Shown here piece by piece: positions 27,723 through 38,937 of a stretch of DNA of 64,000 nucleotides. Origin of the DNA: Kondoa subrosea (taxonomy: Eukaryota); contig BCIN01000001.1 of the NCBI GenBank assembly GCA_039545335.1, forward strand, positions 1,733,129 through 1,797,128, written 5' to 3'. Made by a program: the position numbers and the translations under genes. A model generated the notes under the pieces. It had not been told where the DNA came from. It worked only from the letters and a program-made list of their open reading frames with translations, and searched no databases. The stretch's first letter is position 1, and every line of letters starts with the position of its first letter.

Positions 27723-28280
27723 ATGGACCAAGGGCAAATAGAGGCGCGTCTCCCTCTGTCTCACTCCTGCATTCATACACAGCTCACTACCTTACTATGA
27801 TGGGCTACACAGATCTTCAGGCGATTGCAAACTCAAGCTAAAGAGCAAACTTCGCAATTAAGTCTCTTACAACAGCAAGTTGAATACAAGGACAGGGAAT
27901 CTAGGAAACTCAGAATAGTGCAAGCTCAGGTTAATGAAATCTTGAAAGAAGATCCAAAAACTGTAATGTATGAAGGGGTTGGCAAGATGTGCGTTCGGCC
28001 ATATATGTCTTAGCTTTATCAATGCTTAAACATGCTTGGAAGCACAGGTTTGTGAAAGAAGACTCGAAAGTACTTACAAAGTCACTCAAGAAGAAGGAGA
28101 ATGATGCGCTGGAAGATGTAGCTACAATGACTAAGAAGTTCAAGGTAGGTTGTGTCCTCCCATTTTAGCTTGTCGCGTAGCTTATTGTGCTGGTGAAACC
28201 TGCAGTATGTTGAAAAGGAATTGAAGAACACCCAAAGCTCGTTACAAGAATTCTATGCTAGATTAGAAAAGGCCTCATGA
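27723..28280 (+). CDS. PFD1: Prefoldin subunit 1 (beta-type)
   Basis: Coiled coil, VMYEGVGKMF hairpin, coiled coil; first intron is GC-AG (27744-27812). Confidence 0.82.
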
Positions 28281-29370
28281 TGCAGACATGCAATCGAGCA
28301 ATTGGGCAGTCTTATAGTACGATGCTGGTTCAGTAAGTCCGTCCATCGCTTCCGAGTATCAGGAACTCATCGCTCTGGCAGTCGTACTGATGTATGTATA
28401 ATATCTTCCCTCAAGCCGAGCAAACGTGAAGATAACTAAATGGAATCACACGTCGACTTTCTCTCCAAATTATCTGCTTGTGATTGAGCTGCGGCTTTCA
28501 TCAATCGCTATTCCAAGCAAAGTCAGTTTCAGGCTAATCTTCATTTCATCTCGCTTGATAGCATCCTGTCTTTTGGCTTATGTATGTTTGATGCTCGATT
28601 CTTTTCTCCCATGCTACTTGATGTTTCTTGCCACGCAATCTGATGCTCGAGATTGGTCGTGCACCGGTTCGGAAGTAATTGGATGTTTGAGTCCAGCGGA
28701 TTGATCCTGTATGGTTCAAGCGCGTCTCTTGCTATTCATTACTACCAAGCGCAAGATTATCGCAGCCGAAAAAGCGAAACAGTATATCGGACAATCCATT
28801 TCTTCCTTGATTGGGGTTTTTCCCGCTTATGGGCACTTGCTCAGAATTCCAATGTTCCACCTCTTCCATATTACTGAGGAAGTCTTCTTCTTCTTCTTTG
28901 CGCAGCTATAGTCACAGTACTTTCATCGGAAGGTGATAATCTGCGCGCCAGCCTTATGTAATACATCGGATTCGCGTAGATTCAGCCAGGGCATGATGAT
29001 GAAAGGACGCGAAACAGATTAGACACGACAAGGACAAGGACAACTTTGCGAGTATCATAAACCTTCAGCATTGTAGATCATCAAGGAGCGTGTTCTCAAG
29101 CAGAAAGTGAAAGAAGGCAGACGACGTGTTGAAAATACAGGTTGAAGGACAACAGGTGAGGCAAAGAAGGCGATTGATGGCCCAAAGGCACCCATACATG
29201 CCACAATGCTATGCAAAGACTTCGCTTCAGGTCGAGCGCAGTGCTTGTCTTAAACATCGACTTATTCCACGCTCTTTCGCGTCTGCTTTGATACTCTAAA
29301 AGTCGCTCCTTACTACCTGACCACATCTACGACCTTCCCAATCCTTAGATCTTTTGCTAACCCTTTGAAA

Positions 29371-30135
29371 ATGTCAAGTTTGTATCCAACACCTAAAAAC
29401 AAGCGACGGACAGTACCAGCAGCCAATGTGAGCCGACCTGAATTGACAGAAGAACAACGGCAGGAAGTGAAAGAGGCTTTCGAGTTGTTTGACACGGATA
29501 AAGATGGTGTTCGTTTCTCGAAAGTCGCATTCTATGCATTGTGTTATGCTAATGGGGCTGGAAATGTCCAGGCAATCGATTATCATGAACTCAAAGTAGC
29601 AATGAGAGCACTGGGCTTTGATTTGAAAAAGGCAGAAGTGCTGAAAATCATACGCGATCAAGATAAGCATGGTACTGGCAAAATGGAGTTTGATGAGTTC
29701 ATTAAGCTCAGTAAGTATCCCTTATATTCTTGTAGACCCTCTCATCTCATTCCTATTGCAGTGACGGATCGGATATTGGCTAGAGATCCATTAGATGAAG
29801 TGAGGAAAGCGTTTCGGTTGTTCGACGATGATGGGACAGGCAAGATCTCGATAAGGAACTTGAGGAGGGTAGCAAAGGAGCTTCAAGAGCCTCTGGATGA
29901 GGAAGAGCTGTTTGTTCCCTTTGTCAATAAACGTAAATCTGCTAAATTGGATTACAGGCAAGCGATGATAGATGAATTTGATCTGGATCAGGATGGAGAG
30001 ATATCAGAAGCTGAGTTCATCAGCATAATGACGGATGATTTGGTAGGTGTTATTTCCTCATGCCAAACTTCTCGAAACTCATCTTTCCTGACAGTAATTG
30101 TAATGCTTGCTGCTAATGTATATATACAGCTCTAG
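29371..30135 (+). CDS. CDC31: Centrin (EF-hand spindle pole body protein)
   Basis: [40 protein letters not shown]...[25 protein letters not shown]...[14 protein letters not shown]. Confidence 0.95.
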   Translation: MSSLYPTPKNKRRTVPAANVSRPELTEEQRQEVKEAFELFDTDKDGVRFSKVAFYALCYANGAGNVQAIDYHELKVAMRALGFDLKKAEVLKIIRDQDKHGTGKMEFDEFIKLSKYPLYSCRPSHLIPIAVTDRILARDPLDEVRKAFRLFDDDGTGKISIRNLRRVAKELQEPLDEEELFVPFVNKRKSAKLDYRQAMIDEFDLDQDGEISEAEFISIMTDDLVGVISSCQTSRNSSFLTVIVMLAANVYIQL

Positions 30136-30139
30136 CTTG

Positions 30140-30261
30140 GATCTGACTGGCATATGATCGCTCACATGATCTATCAGCGTTCGGATATCCGGAGATCCAT
30201 ACGGATCACCGTTCTTGGCTGTCATTTGGCTCGCCCGATGATCTATCATTCGGCACGGATC
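30140..30261. promoter_or_regulatory. GATC-rich putative cis-regulatory cluster upstream of the orphan gene
   Basis: Seven GATC in 122 bp (30140, 30156, 30168, 30194, 30204, 30240, 30258); ATGATCTATCA twice; CGGATC twice; palindrome CGGATATCCG. Confidence 0.5.
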
Positions 30262-30385
30262 TAATCCTCGTCTTGTGTTCACCTCGCCTTGCGCTGGTCA
30301 AAAAGCTCAACGCTGCTCTTCTCTCCTTCTCTAGCTTCATCATAATTGTTCCTTGATCATTCTTAAACAAGATACATAACAAGCA

Positions 30386-30884
30386 ATGCCCAGTACCAAT
30401 GAAATATTTGTGCGGATGAACGCCATCCTGGATGAGCAAACTGAACTTCGCGGTAAATGGGAAAGATTTCCCGCTGGAGTATGATCTTCTCGCTTGAGCT
30501 TGTAGAGTGTATCTAATATAGCCTATAATATAGACTACTCACTCTGATTACGTATGCTTCTTCTTCTTCTTCTTTGCTAGCCAAGTATGAATGTCTGTCA
30601 GCAGACCAAACTTCTCGCACGTCACGAGGCACTGGCCAAAGTATTTAACAACCTCGAGCAACAATACAAAGCTGCAAAACAAGCGGAAGAACGTAAGCTG
30701 AATACCCTCTTCTGTTCCTACATCGGGCTTAATATTTGAAAACCAGGTGCTGCTGCGGTAAACGGTACCCACCAACAACAAACGTATGGCCAGTCTCATG
30801 GTCAAGGTGCGTGAATGCATCAAAGTTCTCCGCCAACGACTGATCTTCGCAATAGTGAACCACTGGTCTCATGGACAGCATTAG
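30386..30884 (+). CDS. Orphan 95-aa protein, 5 exons (absent from the ORF track)
   Basis: Exons 30386-30478, 30534-30551, 30605-30692, 30747-30806 and 30856-30884 are joined by four 49-55 nt GT-AG introns into one open frame: MPSTNEIFVRMNAILDEQTELRGKWERFPAGTTHSDYTKLLARHEALAKVFNNLEQQYKAAKQAEERAAAVNGTHQQQTYGQSHGQVNHWSHGQH*. Confidence 0.75.
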
Positions 30885-31326
30885 TTAAATGTTGTAACAT
30901 GCGAACAATCATTATGCTCTTTCCTTTACCGTTTTTAAAGGCCTGCTTGACGGAACACTCTTTCTCCCTCCCTCATGCTCCTTGACTGTGCTGACAATTA
31001 TAGAGCAGCGGACTCGATATACCATAGAAAGTGAGGTCAGAGATTCAGGTCTATGAGAGTACGTTTGACACGAGATTCAAGATGTTCCTATTCAATACAA
31101 TCAATGTCCTTCCTTATTAAGCGTTACGATTGATCCATTCCCATCCCTTTCCTGTTCAAAACTAAGGCAACAAGAAATAACAGATGTCGGTACAGAATAA
31201 AGCAAGAAAGTCGAGAATATTGCCAAGACAACGAAGTGAAATGCCATGTATGTTGAGCTATGTGCAGAAGAATAGAAACAGAGAAAATGGAAATCGTGTG
31301 TATGTTCAGTCGAGTTGGATAGCAGA

Positions 31327-33563
31327 TCAAGGGATATCTACATCCTTCACTTCAGCAAAGACACCCAGCTGCGCGGAACGAGAGACATACAATCGGAATC
31401 ACCAGAGTCTTCAACAACAGCACCATCATCATCACGATAGAATGCGCGACGTTGACGCTTCTTTCTAGAAGAAGTAGATCCAGCTGGACTTCCACTTCTC
31501 CCTCCTACGCCAACGCTAGAACCAACACTGCCTGATCTTGATTTGGATCTTCGTGCAGCGGAAGCACCATGAGTTCGAGTATGCTGATTGAGGTTATCAA
31601 CTCGAGAAAACTTCTTGCCGCAGCTTTCAACAGGGCACTCGAAAGCTATTTCATCGATCAGCTTGAAGTTGACATAAGGTAGTAGAGGTGAACTTACGTT
31701 TCTCATCTGTATGTAAGGATCTCACATGTCTCTTGAGATGCTCAGACCGCTTGAAGCACTTTCCACAACCAGGAACTTTGCACCTGCAAACACAAGTCAG
31801 TATTATATTTTTGAAACAAGAGAGATTGAGCAAACGTACATGAAGAGCTTCTTTGGTTTGCCAGTCTTTGTAGTACCAACGAAATTGACTTGTTCAATAG
31901 TCGGAGCCAGATTAGGATCGATAGGCCCTTCAATCTCGATACCCAACATATGTTCATCTCTAGGTCTTCTACCTCTAGATCTTTTGGTCGACATTCTATC
32001 CCAAGCTGTTGAGTCGTCAATAGGAGAGAAAGCGCCAACAGTTGTAGGATTCTTGCCATCCATTGGTTTTCTAGTTCCAACTAAAGTACCTTGAGCGGTA
32101 GTTTTGATTTTTGGGGAAGAACGACCAATAGTATTGATGTTGTGATGATGAAGATCAGGTGAAGAATTAGAGGCAAAAGGTAGAGAGTATCCAAGCGCTT
32201 CTTTCATCGACCCTCGGACTGTCGCTTGCCGACTTCGGGTCGTGCTGTTGCTAGGATCAGAAGGTTTCACATCTTCTTGAGTATAAGTGGACTGTCGTTC
32301 ATGACCACCACTAGTGAGCTCTGTTTCATCGGGACCGTAAGTGAATTGGATATCGTCTTGACCAAAAAGTTTGGCTGCGAAAGCTGGAGGTCGAGTGGAA
32401 GCGCTGTAAGAACGAAGCATGGGTGGCGGGCCTTGAGCTATTGGATTGCTATGTAGCTGATTGTAGGCTGGCATAGATCCACGTCGATAGTGATCGAAAG
32501 CTGAAACTTCCGGCATACTTGAAGGTTCACCAGAGTAGAAACCAGAAGATGACCCTGGACTTGAGCTGTAGACGTCCATCTGAGCAAATTCACCGCCTAG
32601 ACCATTGACTGAGCTGGAAGAAGAAGGTGAGCGACCAAAGGAAGGGCGACTGTTCTGTAGAGGTGAAGAACCCATTTGGCTGGGCGAACCCATTCTTGGG
32701 GAAGAGAAAGGTGACGAGGAAGGCATCAAACTAGCTCGATAAAATGCTTGAGCTGCACTGCGGCGAGGGAGAGGTGCGATTGGTTGACTCATGCTTGAAC
32801 TTCTTGATGTGCGCTCCAAATCTTCATCCATTTCAAAAGGTGCACCAATGTCAGATCCAGCGGAAGAAGCTGAAGACATATAAGGAGAGAAATAGCTGGT
32901 GTCGCGAAAGCTCTGATCTGGAGTACCGAAAGGTTGCTGGAAAGGGCTATTGGGAAGAGATCCGATACCAAGTCCAGTAGGTGGAAAAGATCGAGGTGCT
33001 GCAGCTTGACCAACCGCAATAGGTTCTGGTTCATCTATTGGATCGCTGAGGTAATCATTAAAGCTGAAATCTTGATTGTCAGATTCGGTCATGGAACCAA
33101 CTTGCGCTGCAGGAAGTAGACCGACAGAATGTTGACTCATTGTGTGAGCTGGAAGACCAGGTAAAGAAGATGATCGACCATTGAATTGCTCCGTGTAGCT
33201 GTTCTCGAAATAGGCCGTTGCAGGTTGAACAGCACTTGCGGGATGTATACCAAAGAAGCCTTCATTCGCAGGTGGAGCTGGAGAGAGCTGGGTAGGTGAT
33301 AGAGATGATTTCCACGCTTCACTGTAAGGTTGATGCGAATAGTTGCCATAGCTGTTGCTGAACGAAAAGTTTTCGAAAGCGTTGCTGTTCGGTGATGCTT
33401 GTCCCGGTTGTTGTTGTGAGATGAGATCGGCATGGGCAGCTACTGCCATCATATTCTGCTGGTAAGAAGAATGGTGCTGAGCTGTTCGACTTGTGATAGT
33501 AGCAGCTTGATATGGCTGATGAAAGGATTGAGAGGAATGGGGTCTTGAGATTACAGCTTCCAT
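31327..33563 (-). CDS. C2H2 zinc-finger transcription factor, Seb1/Msn2-4-like
   Basis: Long S/P/Q-rich region, then CKVPGCGKCFKRSEHLKRHVRSLH and CPVESCGKKFSRVDNLNQHTRTH; last intron gives ...DSDYIP*. Confidence 0.9.
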
Positions 33564-34498
33564 CGTTGCTTGAATAAGAAAGAGAAGGTCTATTTAGACA
33601 AATGAATCAGCCGCTCAAACACTTCTAGCCTAGAACGTAAGCAACGCACAGTAACGACGAGCGGGTAAATCAACCACGAGCTGTGTTTCGCTCTAAAGTA
33701 GAGTCGATCTGTACAGAGAAGTAGTTAGCCAAGCCATGTAAAATAGAAAAGTAAGCGAAAGGCTGTTGCCAAACACACTGACCTCACAAAAAGAGGTCCA
33801 AGTATAAAGTTTCGAATGGATGTGGCCTGAGCAACCAGTCTACGGCAAAAAGCCCTGTCGCAAGAGATCGAAGAGCGATGACACTGAGCTTCTCTCGGTG
33901 GATCGGGAGCAAGAGAAAAGGATAGTCGGCGATTGAGTGGTCAGGATTTGTGAACACGTTCGATAAGACAAATAGCTGGTTTTTCGTCTAAAGAGTCGCG
34001 GAGAGCAGGAGTGCAGCGCGTGACTGTATTTAGGGTAGCCACTGACTAAGAAGCTCCGATTAAGTCGGAGGGCGAAAAAGTGGAGATGAAAGAAAAGAAG
34101 ACGTCTTCCAATCTGCAAAGGAGAGGAATGCGAGAAAGAGAGGCAGCTTTACGCCATTCAATTGATCTAATGAAGGCACGCATTGTGGAAAGGGAATTTC
34201 TACATTCCGGCAAGTGTTCACACGCCAAAACAACATTGCCCGAGAATGTGCATAATATTGATGCGGAAAGAGTTCAAGATAGGTCATGACAAGCAAAACT
34301 GGAAAGCACGCATTGGTAGAGATATGCTAGGGTTTAGAAGAAGAACAGACATATTAGGGCAGAGACATAACATTTCTCCAGCCCAGTCAAATTAAATCGT
34401 ATATGCGCATAGTCAAACGCTGCAGGAATGTTCAAGAGTAACATTGAACACTAAATGAAGCCAAAATTGCATTTCAAAGTAACCGCTTTCTAAGCTTT

Positions 34499-36154
34499 TC
34501 AACTCAAAGTCCATAAGCTCACACTCCCGTTCGCCTTCCTCTTTGAAGTTACAGCAGGCACGCTCTCTTCTTCATCCTCTTCTTCTTCGCCTGATGAGCT
34601 ATTTTCACTATCGCTGTTCTCAACGATCGAATCGAAATGCCTTGATCCAGAAGCGCAAAGCAGCATTGAAGCAGTAGGATGGAATTGTATCGATCCAATA
34701 GCATCTGTAGCAGTACTTCCAAAGATGAGAGACGTGCATCTCGAATGTCTGGAACTCTGCCTACCGTTATGAGCTTGCCATGTCGAAACAGCTTCCTTCT
34801 CATCCACATCCATCAGATCAAAAGTATGTATATTACCCATCTGTCCTTTTGTGAGTCCTTACCTCAATGAGGTAAGAAACGACATCAAACGGACCTGATC
34901 TCCCGCAACGAGGTATTGACCCATTCGATCAATATCAAAGAACAACTTCTGATTCGTTTGAGCTGGTCTACTGTACTCTTTCAATGGATTCGCTGCTTGT
35001 CTGACATCCCAACAAGTAATCGCGTTCGATCTTCTTGAAGCAACATAGAGTTGAGGTAAAGTAGGGTGAAATTTGACCTGTACGCATACAAAGCCATCAA
35101 TCAGCCTTCCTTTAATCAAGGACAAAGCGGACAACATACTTGAGTAGCACCAGCACCTTCTGTTCTAAAAATTTGCATACAAGCAGCTTCGCTAGGTGAA
35201 GAAATATCATACAACGCTACATTCCTCGAAAAGGAACAAGCGGCTAGAACGTTTGGCATATCTGGGTTGATAGCTAAATCGGAAATGATTCCTTTTTGTC
35301 CTTCGCGGGATTTTCGGGTTGGTGTTGTACTGATTCTGGTTCCTGGTACACCGTCTCGAGAAAAGTCGAATATCTCAATAGCGTTTTCATGGCCGCAGTA
35401 GAGCCTGTCAGACTCTTGAAATGATACTCGGTAAAGGAGAATCCAAGCAGACTACTGACTGTGATGCATCCGCTGAGAAAGCTAGCGAATGAGGTCCAAT
35501 GAAGCGTTCGGTATGGTCGATGATCGGGTAAGAGGCTCTGATCTGTCAGTCCCCGAGCATTACTTAGTCAACATCTGACGAACGACCCCAAGGACCGACC
35601 TTCCCGGACATGCCATCAAGCAAAGCCAAAGTCGTATCCCTAACGGACCGAAGATAGCAATAGGTAGCAGGATTGCCAGTCTGAGCACCAGGATACCATG
35701 CAGCTGTAAGAAGTGCTGCAGCGCATCTGACTATGCTACTTTGCTGTATCGAAAGCGTATTGTCTTCTGCTCCAGTCGTGCTAGCTTTGTGCACCTTTAG
35801 CTGATGTTTCGGATGGGAGAACAAGACTGACATTTGATGCGTTGTTATTGAACGATCTTCATTCTGTGACAGGAAACTCTGGCCATCCGGACACCTAGCA
35901 AAAGGTGATATACAAAGTCAGACGAAGCTCTTGAGATCAGACATTGGTTAAGAAGAAGCAAAGCACAGCATATAATACGCCTGATAGAGGTACATCGCAG
36001 ATGACACGCCAGAGGAAGAGCAGTCTTAGAAGCGGGGGATTTACCAAATTGCTTGTCGCGGGAAATTCTCTCGCGCTGTACTGCTTGACGGTATCTCTGC
36101 CTTTGCTAGACATCTAGGTTCTCCTAGTGCACGGGTATCCTGCATTTCCGACAT
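34499..36154 (-). CDS. WD40 protein WRAP53/TCAB1 (Swt21-like)
   Basis: W|CPDG, YPIIDHTERFIGPHSLAFS, GQKGIIS, VASRRSNAITCWDVR, TNQKLFFDID, ASGSRHF. Confidence 0.85.
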
Positions 36155-36232
36155 CGCACCTCGTTGCAATTGGAGAACAATACTTTGCTTGTCTAGAACC
36201 CATCAAGCAGCTGCTGCAAGATCCGATCAAGT

Positions 36233-37248
36233 ATGGGATGGGCTCGTCACTTGGCAGTCAAGACAGACTTGCCATTACTGGAGATTCATGCGCATGAGAT
36301 AGTACGGTCTCATTCAGTGATTGTATGCACCGCTCAGTTTCTCATTTGCTGTGTTGCAGGCCGCTTCCTTTGTGGCTTGTTTCGTCTTACAACTCTTTAT
36401 CAGTCCTATGATCAGCTCAGCAGTAAGCAAGAGCTATGTCCGACTGAAACTTAAGCCAAGAACAAAGCGAGATTGGGATATAAGAGTAGTCGCTTTCGTT
36501 CATGCGGTCTATGCGGTCATTGTGGCTGGCTACATGATGGCGAACCCAAAGATCTCTTCGGACCTTAATTCGGATAAGCTGTTTGGCTATAATAGCAGGT
36601 GCGATGAGATGTGCTTGCTGCTGTATGCACAGCTAACATGTTCGTGTTATCGTACAGAGCTGGTTCTCTGTTCGCTGTATCGACAGGCTACTTCCTCTGG
36701 GATTGCGCAGTCTCGCTCTACACCTTCTCCCCATCTTCTCCCGGCTTTCTCATACACGCCGTACTCTGCGCTTATGTCTTCTTCGGTTCTTATCGACCTT
36801 TCCTACAATACTTCGGTGTCCGGTTCTTATTTTGGGAAGCGAGTTCACCTTTCTTGAACTTGCATTGGTTCTTTGATAAATGTGATTTGACGTGTGTTAT
36901 CCCTTCTCACCCCTTCTCACATCTTCTTCTGACTGATGGAAATATTATTGTGTATATAGTGGATCAAAAAGACAACTTATCAATGGTCTCATTTTACTCA
37001 CTACTTTCTTCTGTACTCGATTGATCTATGGCAATCTAGTAGCAATAGATTTCTTCACTCAACTCAGTTCAAATCAAGCTCAGAATAAATTACCTTCTTA
37101 TATGCCTTTGGTGTATAAATCAGCTATGGCCACTTTGAGCTTATTGAACGCTTTTTGGTTTTACAAAATGGTCAATAGCGTTAGGAAACGCTTTTCAGGT
37201 TCAGGTTCGAGTAAGAATGGGAAGAACGAGGTCAAGAGGAAGGGATGA
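36233..37248 (+). CDS. TLC-domain membrane protein (TMEM56/Tda4-like)
   Basis: WDIRVVAFVHA, GYFLWD, FLIHA, RPFLQY, FLFWEASSPFLNLHWF, LNAFWFYKM. Confidence 0.88.
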
Positions 37249-37543
37249 GTAATGATTGGATTAAGAATACGTGACAGAACAAAGGCTTTGTATATAGCAT
37301 ACATAATTGAGCGTTCAGTGCGATTAAAGAGGAATAATTCATCTAATATAGGTGGTTAGGAATGACTGAGACGGAAAGGAAGACATAGAGGCAGGGAATA
37401 AGCAGTATTGGATCACACAAATGCATTTTGTTGCTTCTCCCATTCCTATATATTTTGTTTCTCCCTTTTGCGTTTCTTAGAATCTAGCTTGCAGTTTTCC
37501 ACCTGCTGTAGCAGCTTCTGTCTGTTTAGCATAAGGTTCATAA

Positions 37544-38862
37544 CTAAACGCTGCCTCAAGCATCAGCTACTGCTTTGTTACTCATCAACATTGGATCTCC
37601 CACCTGTGCCCGCTGATGAAGAACACTTTGTCGATTGAAGCATCGATAGGAGCTGCTGGTTTAGCTGAATTGGCAGGGAAAGTAGGAGGAGAAGTCTTGG
37701 AGGCAGAAGATTCAACGGTAGAGTTCTCACTGTGAGCAATCCAGAAGCAAATTCAGCATCCATTTACTAGAATGATGATTTTTGCGAGATAAAATCTCAC
37801 ATTTTGATTTCTGAACCAGAGTTTCCGGCAATCAAACGTTTCCAAGCTTCGTGGCATTCCAAGATGATTTCTAAGGCGTACTTCTTGTTCTTAGCTTCAC
37901 CGCTGAAAGCGAACATGTTTTCTGGCTTTCCGTCAGGAATCTGTAACTTTCGTAAGCATATCAGAGACAGAAGAGGGGAGACAGGCGAACTTTGTAGATT
38001 CTGTGCATTCGACGACCAACCGATCAGATTATGCTGAAACAAAGCCGTCTCAGCGCACCTGAACCATTCATTTGAAGCTGTAGAGTTTGCTGGCGTCAGA
38101 TACTTAATGCAGGTCATACAAACAGCTACGTACCTCGGATAAGACCAGGCAGATGACGTTCGACATCCTCAATATCGTTGAGCTTAGGTGCCAAAGGATC
38201 GTTGACGTCAATGACCTGTCCTTCATATATCAGCTCTCTTTTGCCCATCCAAATGCATACTGCCAGGACGCACGAGCACTTTCCAGTCAGTTTCACCTTC
38301 ATCAAGTAAAGCCATAATGCCCAAAATCTTGACTTGTTTGACTTGACCAACATAACCTACGGCTTCACCGATTTCGCAAACATCTAAAGGATCGTTATCT
38401 CCTTTAGCTTTGGTTTCGGCGTGGGTGTGGTTTGGGTCTTCCCAGGTCTAAAGTTTCATTTTAGCATACTACGCATGATTTGCGCAGAAGGGAGGAACTG
38501 CTCACCTGAGGGAAAGCACCATAGTTCCAGATATAACCATGATGAGGGAAGCAGTTTCTAACGAAACGCAATTTACCCTTCTTGGTGTCTTGAACAATTG
38601 GGTTGAAAGGTTGATCTTTAGAGATTTCTAGTTTCGCATTCGTCCATCTTGGGATTTCGACGACCATGTTGAAGACATTACGGTCTGAGTTGGCGTACAA
38701 AGGCAAGTCATGGAAGAAAGATTGCACTTGACCAGTTTTCGAGTCTGAGAGGTAGACTTTGTAGTCAAACGTGTTGGCTGCTCCGATTTGGAGAGGCTTG
38801 TGAGAAGATTCAGTCATAATGTGTGAAGTGATTTGGGATAAACGTCGAGTGACCGTTTGCAT
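37544..38862 (-). CDS. IPP1: Family I inorganic pyrophosphatase (predicted alternative N- and C-termini; long isoform ends at 37477)
   Basis: [60 protein letters not shown]; spliced C-terminus [13 protein letters not shown]. Confidence 0.96.
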
Positions 38863-38937
38863 TCAACCCAAGTGTAAGCTTTCAGAGATTGTGCAATCTC
38901 GAGAGTCGGAAACGTCGGAAAATCTCTACGCGTGCAA

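Noticed and set aside
28911..28935. GTCACAGTACTTTCATCGGA resembling the U3 snoRNA 5' end
   Set aside because: The essential AGGATCA box A that pairs with 18S rRNA is absent.
29060..29216. Minus-strand GGGTGC...TGAGA...TGATCT...AATGC resembling a TPP riboswitch
   Set aside because: It lacks the paired P4/P5 core (TGATCTGGATAATGCCAGCG-like), and no thiamine gene is adjacent.
30133..30264. Readthrough of the centrin TAG would end in ...HSARI*, a weak PTS1-like end
   Set aside because: The context is not the efficient TGA-CTA readthrough motif, ARI is a poor PTS1, and the region is better explained as the next gene's promoter.
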